A DNA stretch of 64,000 nt from an uncultured Ignavibacteria bacterium (GCA_963816535.1 CAWFKW010000003.1:510526-574525); one strand, 5' to 3'; counted from the first letter of the stretch, positions 28,003 to 37,484 are shown. Notes: a model not told the origin generated them from the sequence alone. Numbers and translations: made by a program.

Positions 28003-28593
28003 TTCGATTTAACTCCCTTTCAATTCAGGGCATAATGAATTAAACCCTATAAATTTATTGAATTAAAGCCTAATTTAGCTTGTTTATTTGGTACATTCAA
28101 TTTAAAATAGAGGGCATTAATTAGTTAAACAGATAAGAAAATTTTATCTTTCAAACTAATTATTCGATTAAAAACTTAAATGTAACTGAAAGTAAATATA
28201 TGGACTTGTTAAATTGATCGTGATTTATTAGTTTTAATCATTCAAATTTTAAGGGGATACAAATTTAATAGGTAGTGGGAGTCGGCTTTGTAAGGGTGGC
28301 TGACGTTTTTGGATGATAGCTCCCAGCTTTCTGAAGAAACTCACTACCTAATTTATTTTTAAATAAAAAAATATGGCAAAACACGAAGAAGATACACTTG
28401 TACCTTGTCCAAAATGTAATTATTTTTAATTTTGATAGTAATAAGGATTGCTAAAATTAACGATGTCAAGGAACCTCATATTTACGGCCAAAAGTATTGT
28501 ATAAAAAACAAAATTTTTGTTTTTATGAGTAACGCTTGTGGAGGTTTTTTCCCAAGATAAATTTAAAAAGTTCTACTTTATGCAGTAAATGTT

Positions 28594-29646
28594 TTAAGCC
28601 AGCTTCATATTAGGCAACTTATTAACCGCTTCAATTTTCTTTTGATCAACTATTTTAGCATACACTTGAGTTACGCTTACGCTGCTATGTCCAAGCAATT
28701 TTGATACTGTATATAAATCCACCCCTTGTGTTAGTGAAAGGGTAGCAAAAGTATGCCTACCGCAATGAGTTGTAATATGTTTTTTTATACCAGCTGACTG
28801 GACCCACTTATCGAGGTATTTTAAAACGGTTGCTAAGCAAGGCAGCTCAAATATAGGTTTATTTTCTAATTCATATATATTCCCCCTAAGATGCAATAAA
28901 ATATTTTTTGCTGTTTCAGATAACGGTAAATAGAGTAATTGCTTTGTCTTTTGTTGTTTCAATTCTAAGTGATCATCTTTTACGTTATCCCATTTCAAAT
29001 TCCTAACATCTGAAATTCTTAGACCTGTATAACAGGCGAATAAGAAAGCATGTTTGATTTGTTCTTTATTACATTTGGTATTATTTAGCATTAATATTTC
29101 ATCGAATGTTAAAAATTCCTTTTTTGCTTGGTCAACTTTGGTTTTTTGTTTGTAATAAATAAATGGACTGACAAGTATAATTCTTTCTCTTATTGCGGTA
29201 TTTAGTGCAACTCTTAAAGTAAGCATATAATCAACTACAGAAGTATTTGAAAGATTCTCTTTTAAATAATCTTCAAAATCACCCAGCCAAATTTCATTAA
29301 TTGCTGAAACCCTGATTCCGCCTTTTGCAAATTTTCTGACATAATTTAAGCAACTTTCAAAACGTTTTCTATTAGAAGTATTTTTTGTGTTCCCAACCTT
29401 TGTCATATAGTCTATAAAATCTATTTTGCTGTTATGCTCGGGAGTAAAACCATAATGAGCATTCCTTAATTCAATTTCTCTTTTAGCCCTTATGCTTTCA
29501 GCTAACCTTAATATCTCTTTATTCTGAATTTTATCATTTTTTAAATGAAGCTGTAAAAATTCATATTTTCTTTGTCCATTGTTATAGATATCCAGGTACA
29601 GGCTAAAGCTATTATCATTTAATTTTTTCTTTCTTAGTTTTACCAT
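28594..29646 (-). CDS. Tyrosine integrase with N-terminal arm-binding-type domain (Bacteroidota-style)
   Basis: 350 aa. ACYTGLRISD...HCGRHTFATL...LLGHSSVSVTQVYAKI (R, HxxR, H, Y). It is adjacent to the right direct repeat. Confidence 0.9.
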   Translation of the reverse strand: MVKLRKKKLNDNSFSLYLDIYNNGQRKYEFLQLHLKNDKIQNKEILRLAESIRAKREIELRNAHYGFTPEHNSKIDFIDYMTKVGNTKNTSNRKRFESCLNYVRKFAKGGIRVSAINEIWLGDFEDYLKENLSNTSVVDYMLTLRVALNTAIRERIILVSPFIYYKQKTKVDQAKKEFLTFDEILMLNNTKCNKEQIKHAFLFACYTGLRISDVRNLKWDNVKDDHLELKQQKTKQLLYLPLSETAKNILLHLRGNIYELENKPIFELPCLATVLKYLDKWVQSAGIKKHITTHCGRHTFATLSLTQGVDLYTVSKLLGHSSVSVTQVYAKIVDQKKIEAVNKLPNMKLA

Positions 29647-29683
29647 TTTATTTATTCCTTTATTAAATTATTTTTGAATATTA

Positions 29684-29718
29684 ATGAGTAACAAGTGAGT
29701 AACAAATAGGTAACAAAT
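29684..29718 (+). promoter_or_regulatory. Putative arm-type integrase binding repeats (right), three tandem copies
   Basis: atGAGTAACAA-gtGAGTAACAA-atagGTAACAA at an 11-12 bp period, between the integrase start (29646) and the right direct repeat. Confidence 0.45.
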
Positions 29719-29830
29719 CGTGTGAAACAATATGAAAATATCGGTTCACATGTATACTAAAAAGTTCAATTTTCATCATAAATTTGTATTTCTGCTATCT
29801 TTTGTTTTCTTTTGTTTCTCTATTCAAATA

Positions 29831-29848
29831 TTATAATTGTATATTTAA
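29831..29848 (+). repeat. Right direct repeat (putative att site)
   Basis: TTATAATTGTATATTTAA, followed by AATT and the ispF ATG at 29853. Confidence 0.85.
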
Positions 29849-29852
29849 AATT

Positions 29853-30320
29853 ATGAGAGTCGGGTTAGGATACGACATACACAAGTTTGTAAAAGGACGG
29901 AAGTTAATACTCGGCGGAGTTGAAATAAAACACAGCCGTGGATTGCTCGGTCATTCTGATGCCGATGTACTTTTGCATTCAATTTGCGATGCGCTGCTGG
30001 GCGCGGCTGGTCTGAACGATATCGGACATTACTTTCCTAATACGGATAAAAAGTGGAAAAACATCTCAAGCTTGATTCTGCTTAAAGAATGCGCCAGACT
30101 GGTTCTTCATGAAAAGCTTGAGATAGGCAATATCGACAGCACAATAATACTGGAAGAGCCCAGGATAAGTCCGCATATCGACAAAATGAGAATAAACATA
30201 GCCAGGGCCCTTAAGATCAGGCGAAACCAGATATCAATTAAATCGACTACCTCAGAAGGGCTGGGATTCATAGGGACCAAAAAGGGGTGCTCTTCATATA
30301 CAATTTGCCTTCTTAAATAA
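29853..30320 (+). CDS. ispF: 2-C-methyl-D-erythritol 2,4-cyclodiphosphate synthase
   Basis: MRVGLGYDIHKF...GHSDADVLLHSICDALLGA. I use the ATG at 29853 rather than the track's upstream TTG at 29784. Confidence 0.9.
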   Translation: MRVGLGYDIHKFVKGRKLILGGVEIKHSRGLLGHSDADVLLHSICDALLGAAGLNDIGHYFPNTDKKWKNISSLILLKECARLVLHEKLEIGNIDSTIILEEPRISPHIDKMRINIARALKIRRNQISIKSTTSEGLGFIGTKKGCSSYTICLLK

Positions 30321-30327
30321 ATATATA

Positions 30328-32010
30328 TTGAACTCATCAGCTCCTCCTAAAAATCGATTGCTTAATATTTCTGTTTGCATTTTAAGCGGCCTGTTACTGG
30401 GATTTTCGTTCCCGCCGTTTAAGACATGGTTTCTTGTTTACCCGGGAATGGCGCTTGCGATTCATATGATATACACATCCGGCAGGCTTCGCCAGGCTTT
30501 CGGAAGAGGATACCTTATTCTGCTGGCGTTTAACTCTTCCTCGGTTTACTGGATAGGGCATTGGGACGGAAACGATCTGTTTCTGAAAATCGGCGGCGCG
30601 GCAACCGTTATGGCGCACCCGCTGTTCATGCTGATCCCGCTGCTTGCCTCATACGGAATATATAAAGCGCTAAAGAAGGAATTTGCAATCTACCTGTTTC
30701 CTCTTATATGGGTTGGCTATGAATACCTGGATAATACCTGGCAGTTATCGTTCCCGTGGCTCGAGCTAGGCAATACGGAGACATATAACCTGAACAGGAT
30801 CCAATACGCAGACCTCGCCGGAGTTCACGGAATAACTTTTGTTATATGCGTAATTTCAGTAGTACTTTATGTTTTAATTATTCGGCTTAAAGGGAAAACC
30901 TGGAAGATTGTTTCTGCGCCTTCGCTGATATCTATAACGCTCGTATTAATATTGATCATTGGACCTTACATCTATTCTTACAATAAATTAAGCTCTCCTG
31001 AAAATTCAGCCTATTACAATACGACCGATTCCTCCAGGCTGATCAGATCAACCATAATCCAGCCAAACGTGGACCCTGAAACAAAATGGGCGCTTTCAAA
31101 AAAAGATTCGCTGGTTGATGCATATATAAAACATTTAAACGACGCTCTTAAAACAAACGCTGACCTGTATGTTCTGCACGAAACGGCTACGCCGTACTAT
31201 TTTTTCGAAGACTACAATTATTACAACACAAAAAAATTTCTTGATTTTGTAAACCAGAACCGCAAATATCTTCTGATCGGAATACCGCACATTTATTATT
31301 ACCCCGACAGCGTTAAAGCGCCCGGCGACAGCAGAACCAGCAGCATAACCAAAAGAAAGTTCGGCACGTTTAATTCAGCCGCGCTGCTTGAGCCGGATAA
31401 ACAAATCCGTGATTTCACAATTCACAGGAAATCAAAGCTCGTTCCGTTCAGCGAACGGGTTCCGTACCAGGAATACCTTCCGTTTCTGGCAAAGTGGATC
31501 AACTGGGGCGTGGGCATAAGCTCCTGGAACAGAGGAGACGGCCTCACTTTGTTTAACCTGAACAACCCCGTGTTCAGAGAGCGGGCTAAATTTGTAACGC
31601 TGATATGTTTTGAATCGGTTTTCAGCGACTATGTGAGCGAAGGCGTGAAAAACGGAGCGGAATTTATTGTAATTATTACCAACGACGGGTGGTTCGGTAA
31701 GTCATCGGGGCCGGTACAGCACGAGCAATACGCGGTTTTGAGGGCGATAGAAAACCGGAAGTGGATAATAAGGGCTGCGCAGACCGGGATTTCGAGCTAC
31801 ATCGATCCGCTCGGCAAGCAGTATGACGAAACTGAACTGAACACCGAAGCGGTTATATCCAAAACTATAATAGCTAATGACGAAAAGACGTTTTATACGG
31901 AGCATGGGGATATAATAGGAAAAGCAGGCTATTATATATTAATAATAAGCCTGCTCTTAAGTCTGATACTTTATTATGCGGTCAACAGAAAGATAAGCAA
32001 GCTCGCCTGA
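30328..32010 (+). CDS. lnt: Apolipoprotein N-acyltransferase
   Basis: 560 aa. N-terminal polytopic membrane domain and a C-terminal CN-hydrolase domain (ICFES). TTG start in the track. Confidence 0.85.
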   Translation: MNSSAPPKNRLLNISVCILSGLLLGFSFPPFKTWFLVYPGMALAIHMIYTSGRLRQAFGRGYLILLAFNSSSVYWIGHWDGNDLFLKIGGAATVMAHPLFMLIPLLASYGIYKALKKEFAIYLFPLIWVGYEYLDNTWQLSFPWLELGNTETYNLNRIQYADLAGVHGITFVICVISVVLYVLIIRLKGKTWKIVSAPSLISITLVLILIIGPYIYSYNKLSSPENSAYYNTTDSSRLIRSTIIQPNVDPETKWALSKKDSLVDAYIKHLNDALKTNADLYVLHETATPYYFFEDYNYYNTKKFLDFVNQNRKYLLIGIPHIYYYPDSVKAPGDSRTSSITKRKFGTFNSAALLEPDKQIRDFTIHRKSKLVPFSERVPYQEYLPFLAKWINWGVGISSWNRGDGLTLFNLNNPVFRERAKFVTLICFESVFSDYVSEGVKNGAEFIVIITNDGWFGKSSGPVQHEQYAVLRAIENRKWIIRAAQTGISSYIDPLGKQYDETELNTEAVISKTIIANDEKTFYTEHGDIIGKAGYYILIISLLLSLILYYAVNRKISKLA

Positions 32011-33830
32011 AGCTTTAGGCCCTCTTTCTTTCTCAGTTCTTCTGCTTTTTGCCTTGCCTGCCCAAGGGTCGAAAATTCGCCAAATCTTGCCCTGAACCAC
32101 ATGCCTTTAGTTCCCAGATCTGCTTTAACAACAGAGCCGGTCATACCGCCGATCTTAAGCGACTGAACTATGCCAATCCTTTTATTCGCTTTTGCGTCTG
32201 AATCCCACGCCGATTCCTGGATAGTATATTTTCCGTTATCGAGCTTCACATAAATTACTTTGTATTTATCATCCATCCAGCCCATTGAGTTTTGCGTAAC
32301 GCCGTCAAGCCCTGCTTCCTGCTGCGGCTGTTTTTGATTCTGCTGGACCGGGGGCTCGCTTGTCTGCTGCTTCTGAACGGGCGGCTCAGATTTGGTTTCA
32401 GTTTTTGGCTGTTCCGTAGTTTGCTGAGGCGGATTCTGAGTATTATTCTGCGTTTCGTTCTGAGTTGTATTTTGAGTCGTATTTGGCTGCTGCCGTGATT
32501 GCTGCTGGTTCTCTGTTACAGGCGGCGTAACGTTCTGCGGATTTGTGTTATTCGCATCAGGCAATACATTCTGTTCGGCTTTGTTGTTAGGAGCGGTTTG
32601 TTCTGTAACCGGCTGTTCTTCATTCAACTGTTCGGTTTTAGGCGTTTCAACAGGTTTGAAAAATATTTTGTAAATCACCGGCGAGAAAATAAGAAGAACC
32701 AACACAATGGAGAAAAATATTATGAACGTAGTTACATAGATCTTTAACTTCGATTTGTATTCCGCTTCCTTGGTTGCCTGGTACAATAGCTCGTATTCAT
32801 AAGATAAGTTCTGCGTGTCGGTGGCGTTAGCCTCAACGTCTTTGTACCAGATGTAATACGAGTTATCGCTTGCCCTGTACTCGCCTGAACCGTTTGTGCT
32901 GCCGTTGCCGTTTGTAGTAACCGGCGCTTTTATAGATTCTACCGTCGGGAATGAAGCCGTTTCATGCTGAACCGGGCCCGTAATTTCGTTATGGAGCTCG
33001 ACGACGCTTGGCGGAATTACGTTATGAAGCGCGGGCTGCTCTGTTGTTTCTTCGAAATTTGATGTAGTGCGCTTGTTTTCTTCTTTGAGCTCCGTAAAGA
33101 AGTCAGAAAAATTCTTCTTCGATAAGTCTTCAATCTCCTCAGGCTTCTTTTCCTCGGTCTTCTTTTCTTCAGACTTCGTTTCCTCAACCCGGGGTTTTAC
33201 AGCGTTATCCTGTATATTCTCAATCTTCACCGGCTCTATTATCTGCTGCAGAGGCTTCACGGTTTTTTCTTCAGCCACGTTTTCGACAGGGGCCTTATCT
33301 TTTTCAGGCGCCGGTATCTTCCAAAGAGGCTTGGTCAGGCCGCTTTGCTGGAACGTTTTCGGAATTTCTTCAGCAGGCTTTGTTATTTTTCCGAGGATCT
33401 CCTCGCGTTTTTTTCTAAGCTCATCTTCAACAGGGTTGGAAGCAGTCTCCGGAATATCGTGCATCTCTGGCAAATCTGCCGTTTCTTTCGTTTCCTGAAC
33501 AGGCGGCTTGATTGTTTGGTTTACCGGGGCTGTTTCTGTAATCGAAGGGGTCATATAAACGGTCTCGCCCGCATTTTGGTTTATCTCATCTTCAAGTTTT
33601 GAAGTTGCAAGGAACTCAACCGTCTTCTTATAGCCGTTGGTCTCGGAGGAATCTCCGTTGCCTTTATTGAATTTAATTATGAACTCGCCAAAATTAGCGA
33701 CATCAACAATATTATCCTGCTTCACGCCCGAAATTATAATCGAAAATATGTCATCATATATCTTCTCGGCCTCAAACGAAGTGAGCTTAAAATATTTGGA
33801 TATTTTTTCGACTATTTCTTCTTTTAACAT
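31974..33830 (-). CDS. HU-like N-terminal domain, disordered P/Q/T/E-rich region, TM helix and C-terminal SPOR domain
   Basis: 618 aa. The N-terminus resembles HU/IHF. The C-terminus YVKLDNGKYTIQESAWDS...WFRARFGEFSTLGQARQKAEELRKK is SPOR-like. Confidence 0.7.
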   Translation of the reverse strand: MLKEEIVEKISKYFKLTSFEAEKIYDDIFSIIISGVKQDNIVDVANFGEFIIKFNKGNGDSSETNGYKKTVEFLATSKLEDEINQNAGETVYMTPSITETAPVNQTIKPPVQETKETADLPEMHDIPETASNPVEDELRKKREEILGKITKPAEEIPKTFQQSGLTKPLWKIPAPEKDKAPVENVAEEKTVKPLQQIIEPVKIENIQDNAVKPRVEETKSEEKKTEEKKPEEIEDLSKKNFSDFFTELKEENKRTTSNFEETTEQPALHNVIPPSVVELHNEITGPVQHETASFPTVESIKAPVTTNGNGSTNGSGEYRASDNSYYIWYKDVEANATDTQNLSYEYELLYQATKEAEYKSKLKIYVTTFIIFFSIVLVLLIFSPVIYKIFFKPVETPKTEQLNEEQPVTEQTAPNNKAEQNVLPDANNTNPQNVTPPVTENQQQSRQQPNTTQNTTQNETQNNTQNPPQQTTEQPKTETKSEPPVQKQQTSEPPVQQNQKQPQQEAGLDGVTQNSMGWMDDKYKVIYVKLDNGKYTIQESAWDSDAKANKRIGIVQSLKIGGMTGSVVKADLGTKGMWFRARFGEFSTLGQARQKAEELRKKEGLKLQASLLIFLLTA

Positions 33831-33860
33831 GCTTCCCTTTTTTAGTGATGGGAAAATCGT

Positions 33861-34118
33861 TTAAACGTTCAGGTTTTCCAGGAAATTTTTATCCGGTTCA
33901 AAAACTATATGATTCCTGAACAATTGGGGACTATCCCCGACTTTAAACGGCTTCTTGGAAGTAATTGTAAACTTCCCGAAATTCTCAATTTCTATCGAGC
34001 CATCCCTCTTAAGCTTTTCCGAGATCCTCTCAATAACTATGCTTATGATCATCTCGGCCCTGCCGGCAGTTATGGCATTATCAACCGAAACTTTATTTAT
34101 TAAATCTATTGTATTCAT
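33861..34118 (-). CDS. HU/IHF-family DNA-binding protein
   Basis: 85 aa (MNTIDLINKVS...IENFGKFTITSKK). Confidence 0.7.
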   Translation of the reverse strand: MNTIDLINKVSVDNAITAGRAEMIISIVIERISEKLKRDGSIEIENFGKFTITSKKPFKVGDSPQLFRNHIVFEPDKNFLENLNV

Positions 34119-34235
34119 TCAAACTATATTTAAAACCTGTATATTTTTACAATTCTGATAATTGGAATATCTGATATACTATTGGTTCATTTCTTTGGCC
34201 CCGATAGATCGGGATATCTGATACAATAACTAACG

Positions 34236-35072
34236 TTATTTTATCATCAACATTTTCCTGGTTTCTTTAAACCCGTTAACTTCAAGCGAGTAATAATATA
34301 TTCCGCTTGCGTATTGAGAACCGTCAAACGCGGTCTCATATCTTCCTGCGTTCATTTCTTCCGATACCTGGCGCGCAACCTCTCTGCCTATAGCATCGTA
34401 AACAATTATATTAACAAATCCGTTTTCAGCCAGATCGAACCTTATCTTCGTGGCCGGGTTAAACGGGTTTGGATAATTCTGGTACAAGCTGAATTTCTGC
34501 GGAACCACCGAAGAAACAGGGCTTATGCCAAGCGGTATCAAAGTGCAAGCGTTGCCGTCAATAAAGAAACTCTGGTATGCGCCAGCTGAAGAATCTGAAT
34601 ACAGGACAGTCCAATATGGTTTCGAAGTATCAGGAGCCACGGCAGTTTTGAAAATAGTTGAGTACATCTTATAATTCGGATGCGACAGCCTGAACTGCGC
34701 TCCTCCTGATATTTCCGCAGTATTCACGGCCTGGTTGCTCTCGCAGAAGGTCGCACCCAGGGGCCTCAGAAAGGTCCCGGGCAGATTCACTGTTTTGGTC
34801 CCAAGCGGAATTGGAATAACAATCACAGTAATTGCCACTATATATCCTGTATCCGTAACATTCGGCTGATAAAACCAATATAGCCAATCTGTTGCTTTTC
34901 CCGTTGTATCCAGCCCTAATGCCGCTGTAATAGCGTACATAGTCGCGTTTGGCGAATAATTATTCACAGCATAAGTTTGGGCAACATTGATGTACTGCTT
35001 AGGAAGATACTTCGTCTGCCCAATGGAACATGAAACGCAAAAAAACAACAAAATGCCATAAAATAACTTCAT
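34236..35072 (-). CDS. Secreted protein with T9SS (Por) C-terminal sorting domain
   Basis: C-terminus FSLYQNYPNPFNPATKIRFDL...GIYYYSLEVNGFKETRKMLMIK. A signal-peptide-like start MKLFYGILLFFCVSCS makes the ATG at 35072 more likely than 35132. Confidence 0.7.
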   Translation of the reverse strand: MKLFYGILLFFCVSCSIGQTKYLPKQYINVAQTYAVNNYSPNATMYAITAALGLDTTGKATDWLYWFYQPNVTDTGYIVAITVIVIPIPLGTKTVNLPGTFLRPLGATFCESNQAVNTAEISGGAQFRLSHPNYKMYSTIFKTAVAPDTSKPYWTVLYSDSSAGAYQSFFIDGNACTLIPLGISPVSSVVPQKFSLYQNYPNPFNPATKIRFDLAENGFVNIIVYDAIGREVARQVSEEMNAGRYETAFDGSQYASGIYYYSLEVNGFKETRKMLMIK

Positions 35073-35405
35073 ATTTCCGAACACACCTTTGGTCAAAATA
35101 TCATATTTATTATGTTTAATCAATAGCAACAAACTTGATTCGCAAATTGATTGATGATATTAAAACCAACAAAATAACATCGCCAATAGCAGTCTGGCAT
35201 AAACTATCACTTTAATTTGCCTTTCTAACTGCACTAATATAATAAATTAATTAGAGAAGTCAAATACCTACAAAAAAAGGCAAAAATAAATTCTGTAAAA
35301 ATCAGCAAAAAAAAGTGTTTTCTGGTGCGCTATCTCTCAGGAAATGCACGGGAATATTCGTAAATAAACGGAAGTTATTCATCTGGAATCTGCGACTGAA
35401 GATAA

Positions 35406-36824
35406 TTACTGAAGTCTTTTTGGCCTGTCGTTTCTAATGCGAAAACCAAGGAGCCTCAATTCGGGTATATCCAGAAGGTTCTCCGGGTAAAATGTGCCTT
35501 TCGGTTTTCCGATGATATTTACTTTGGTAACCTGTTTGTCTTTGAAATGGAGAGTGATGATCTCGCCGCTTGATTTATTGGCGCCGTTAGGATCTTTTCC
35601 GTCATAAACAAAATAAACGCTTGCCGCGTTAGTATCAACCCTGATATAATCAAGTTCATTATCGATAAATTTCATGAACATAAAAACTCCCGATATCTGG
35701 TCATACCTCTCGGGGTAATCCGGGTTGTTCTGCATAGCAAAAGCGCTCTTGTTAACGTAAATATCCTGGATAACATCTTTGAAATCCGCGTAAATGGAAT
35801 CCCCTGTAACCTGCATGTTCTCTTTCCAGACCGCCGGATTATTTGAGAGGGCCACAACGCCTCCCTGGCCGGAAATATCCCTGAAGTAATAGCCAATTTC
35901 AGAACTTGAAAGAAAGTCTGTGCGGATAATTTTCACGCTGTCTTTTGCTATATAGTATTCCGGTTTATTCCGAAAAGACTCCATTTGGCGGCTGAAGATA
36001 AACAGCGTGTCGACTTTATTATCCTTCGTTTCGATCTCAACCAGCCGGGCGTTGCCTTTTATGAAAGAGTAATTTCTCTTTTCATAATTTTCGCCGTAGT
36101 CGCCGTAAATCACGGCATTTTTGTTGGTGAAATTTATTTTGACGTCATCCTGGGCAATAGATTTTTTTTCGAAATCGTAGTAAGTGGCCTTATCTGAATT
36201 TATGATAGTTGAATCGCTTTCTATCCTCACGTTGCCGTTAGCTGTGGATGTGCCTATGAGCTTTTCATAAACAAGGTCGTCAGTATATATAGTTGTTGAA
36301 TCGTTGACTATCTTAACGTTTCCGTTTGCATACGATTTTCCAACAGAGCGAAAATACTTCAGCCTGTCTGAAGTTATAGTATACTTATTGTCGGTGATCT
36401 TAACATTTCCGTGAAATTCGGCAAGGTCCTGATTGAAATAGTAGATGCCGTAATCGGCTTTCAGCGTTGTTTTTGTGTCATTTAGAACAGCGCCCGAAGG
36501 GCATACGACTTTTGACTCATCTCCATAATATGTGCCAAAAGGGGCGGTAATGGTCATGGTATCCTTCACAACATGAACGTTTGTATAGAGGTCGGCTTTG
36601 TTTTCTTTGAAGTACTGAACAACCCTGCCGCAGGTTATTTTCACATCGTTATGAGTCAAAGAGACATTGCCTATCGCTTCCCTGACCTCCTCGCCGTTAA
36701 TGGTTTTTCCGATCAAGCTATCGGCGTGATTAATGGTTATCTTGTCCTGTGAAAAAATCGCATTAGAACACAGTAGCAAATTAAATATAATTAATAGATA
36801 ATATTTATTATTTTTTCCTATCAC
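35406..36824 (-). CDS. OstA/LptA-like repeated beta-jellyroll protein
   Basis: 472 aa with a signal peptide and repeated GNV.I....-type OstA_N-like segments. It lies downstream of the lptC-like gene. Confidence 0.6.
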   Translation of the reverse strand: MIGKNNKYYLLIIFNLLLCSNAIFSQDKITINHADSLIGKTINGEEVREAIGNVSLTHNDVKITCGRVVQYFKENKADLYTNVHVVKDTMTITAPFGTYYGDESKVVCPSGAVLNDTKTTLKADYGIYYFNQDLAEFHGNVKITDNKYTITSDRLKYFRSVGKSYANGNVKIVNDSTTIYTDDLVYEKLIGTSTANGNVRIESDSTIINSDKATYYDFEKKSIAQDDVKINFTNKNAVIYGDYGENYEKRNYSFIKGNARLVEIETKDNKVDTLFIFSRQMESFRNKPEYYIAKDSVKIIRTDFLSSSEIGYYFRDISGQGGVVALSNNPAVWKENMQVTGDSIYADFKDVIQDIYVNKSAFAMQNNPDYPERYDQISGVFMFMKFIDNELDYIRVDTNAASVYFVYDGKDPNGANKSSGEIITLHFKDKQVTKVNIIGKPKGTFYPENLLDIPELRLLGFRIRNDRPKRLQ

Positions 36825-36911
36825 TCAATAAATAGATGTTCAGATAAATTCATGTTAATTTTATTTGATATCGAGCGTTCAATTCTTAATTCCTAATTCG
36901 TAATTCTCAAT

Positions 36912-37445
36912 TCATTTCTGCACCTGCCCGCTCACTTTGTAAATCACGTAGTTTTTCAGGTTCTGGTCCGATTCAAATCCATAGCCCTGTATGTCGTCTG
37001 TTTTGGTTTTTATATGAACAAACTCGTCGGTCTTAAGTTTTTGGGTTTTATTCACCCAGTATAATTTTTCAGTAGTTAATTCGCTGCCTTCCTGCGAAAC
37101 CAGCTTTACGTTATCGTCGACTTCCACGTCTTTAGTAAGATCGAATATCTTACCCCGCCTGCCTGTAAGCGTGGAGCTGTAAACGCCCTTCTTGTAAAAA
37201 TCAACAGTCGCCCCGCTATCGATAAGCGTATAATTAAATTTTGAATATTGCCTGATGTGAGCGGCTTTCAAAACCGCTTTGATATAACCTGAATCCGAAA
37301 AAGTGACCGTAGTATTATAGCTCTCCTGGGTCGGAATGCTGTCAGGACTGATGAGGTTTGATTTGGATGGTTCAACTTTCTGCGTTCCGCATGAATATAT
37401 CAACACAAATGCTAAAATTAATACATATAAAGAGGGGGTTCTCAC
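36912..37445 (-). CDS. lptC: LptC-like periplasmic lipoprotein
   Basis: 177 aa with lipobox LIYSCG and an LptC-like pattern. The context is kdsD-...-lptC-lptA. Confidence 0.55.
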   Translation of the reverse strand: MRTPSLYVLILAFVLIYSCGTQKVEPSKSNLISPDSIPTQESYNTTVTFSDSGYIKAVLKAAHIRQYSKFNYTLIDSGATVDFYKKGVYSSTLTGRRGKIFDLTKDVEVDDNVKLVSQEGSELTTEKLYWVNKTQKLKTDEFVHIKTKTDDIQGYGFESDQNLKNYVIYKVSGQVQK

Positions 37446-37484
37446 TGTGAGATTTGGCAGGAAATGATTACGTACAGTTTAGTT

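Larger units (their letters stand above)
16067..29848 (-). mobile_element. Integrative genomic island (~13.8 kb) bounded by 18-bp direct repeats
   Basis: Perfect direct repeat TTATAATTGTATATTTAA at both ends. It carries two tyrosine recombinases and an excisionase-like gene. All genes are on the minus strand. It is visibly AT-richer than its flanks, which are housekeeping genes (radA, ispF). Confidence 0.8.

Noticed and set aside
31974-32010. The 37-nt overlap of the convergent lnt and HU-SPOR genes as an annotation error or antisense regulation site.
   Set aside because: Both reading frames run cleanly to their own stop codons with plausible hydrophobic C-terminal tails. Short convergent overlaps are common, and nothing further supports a special function.
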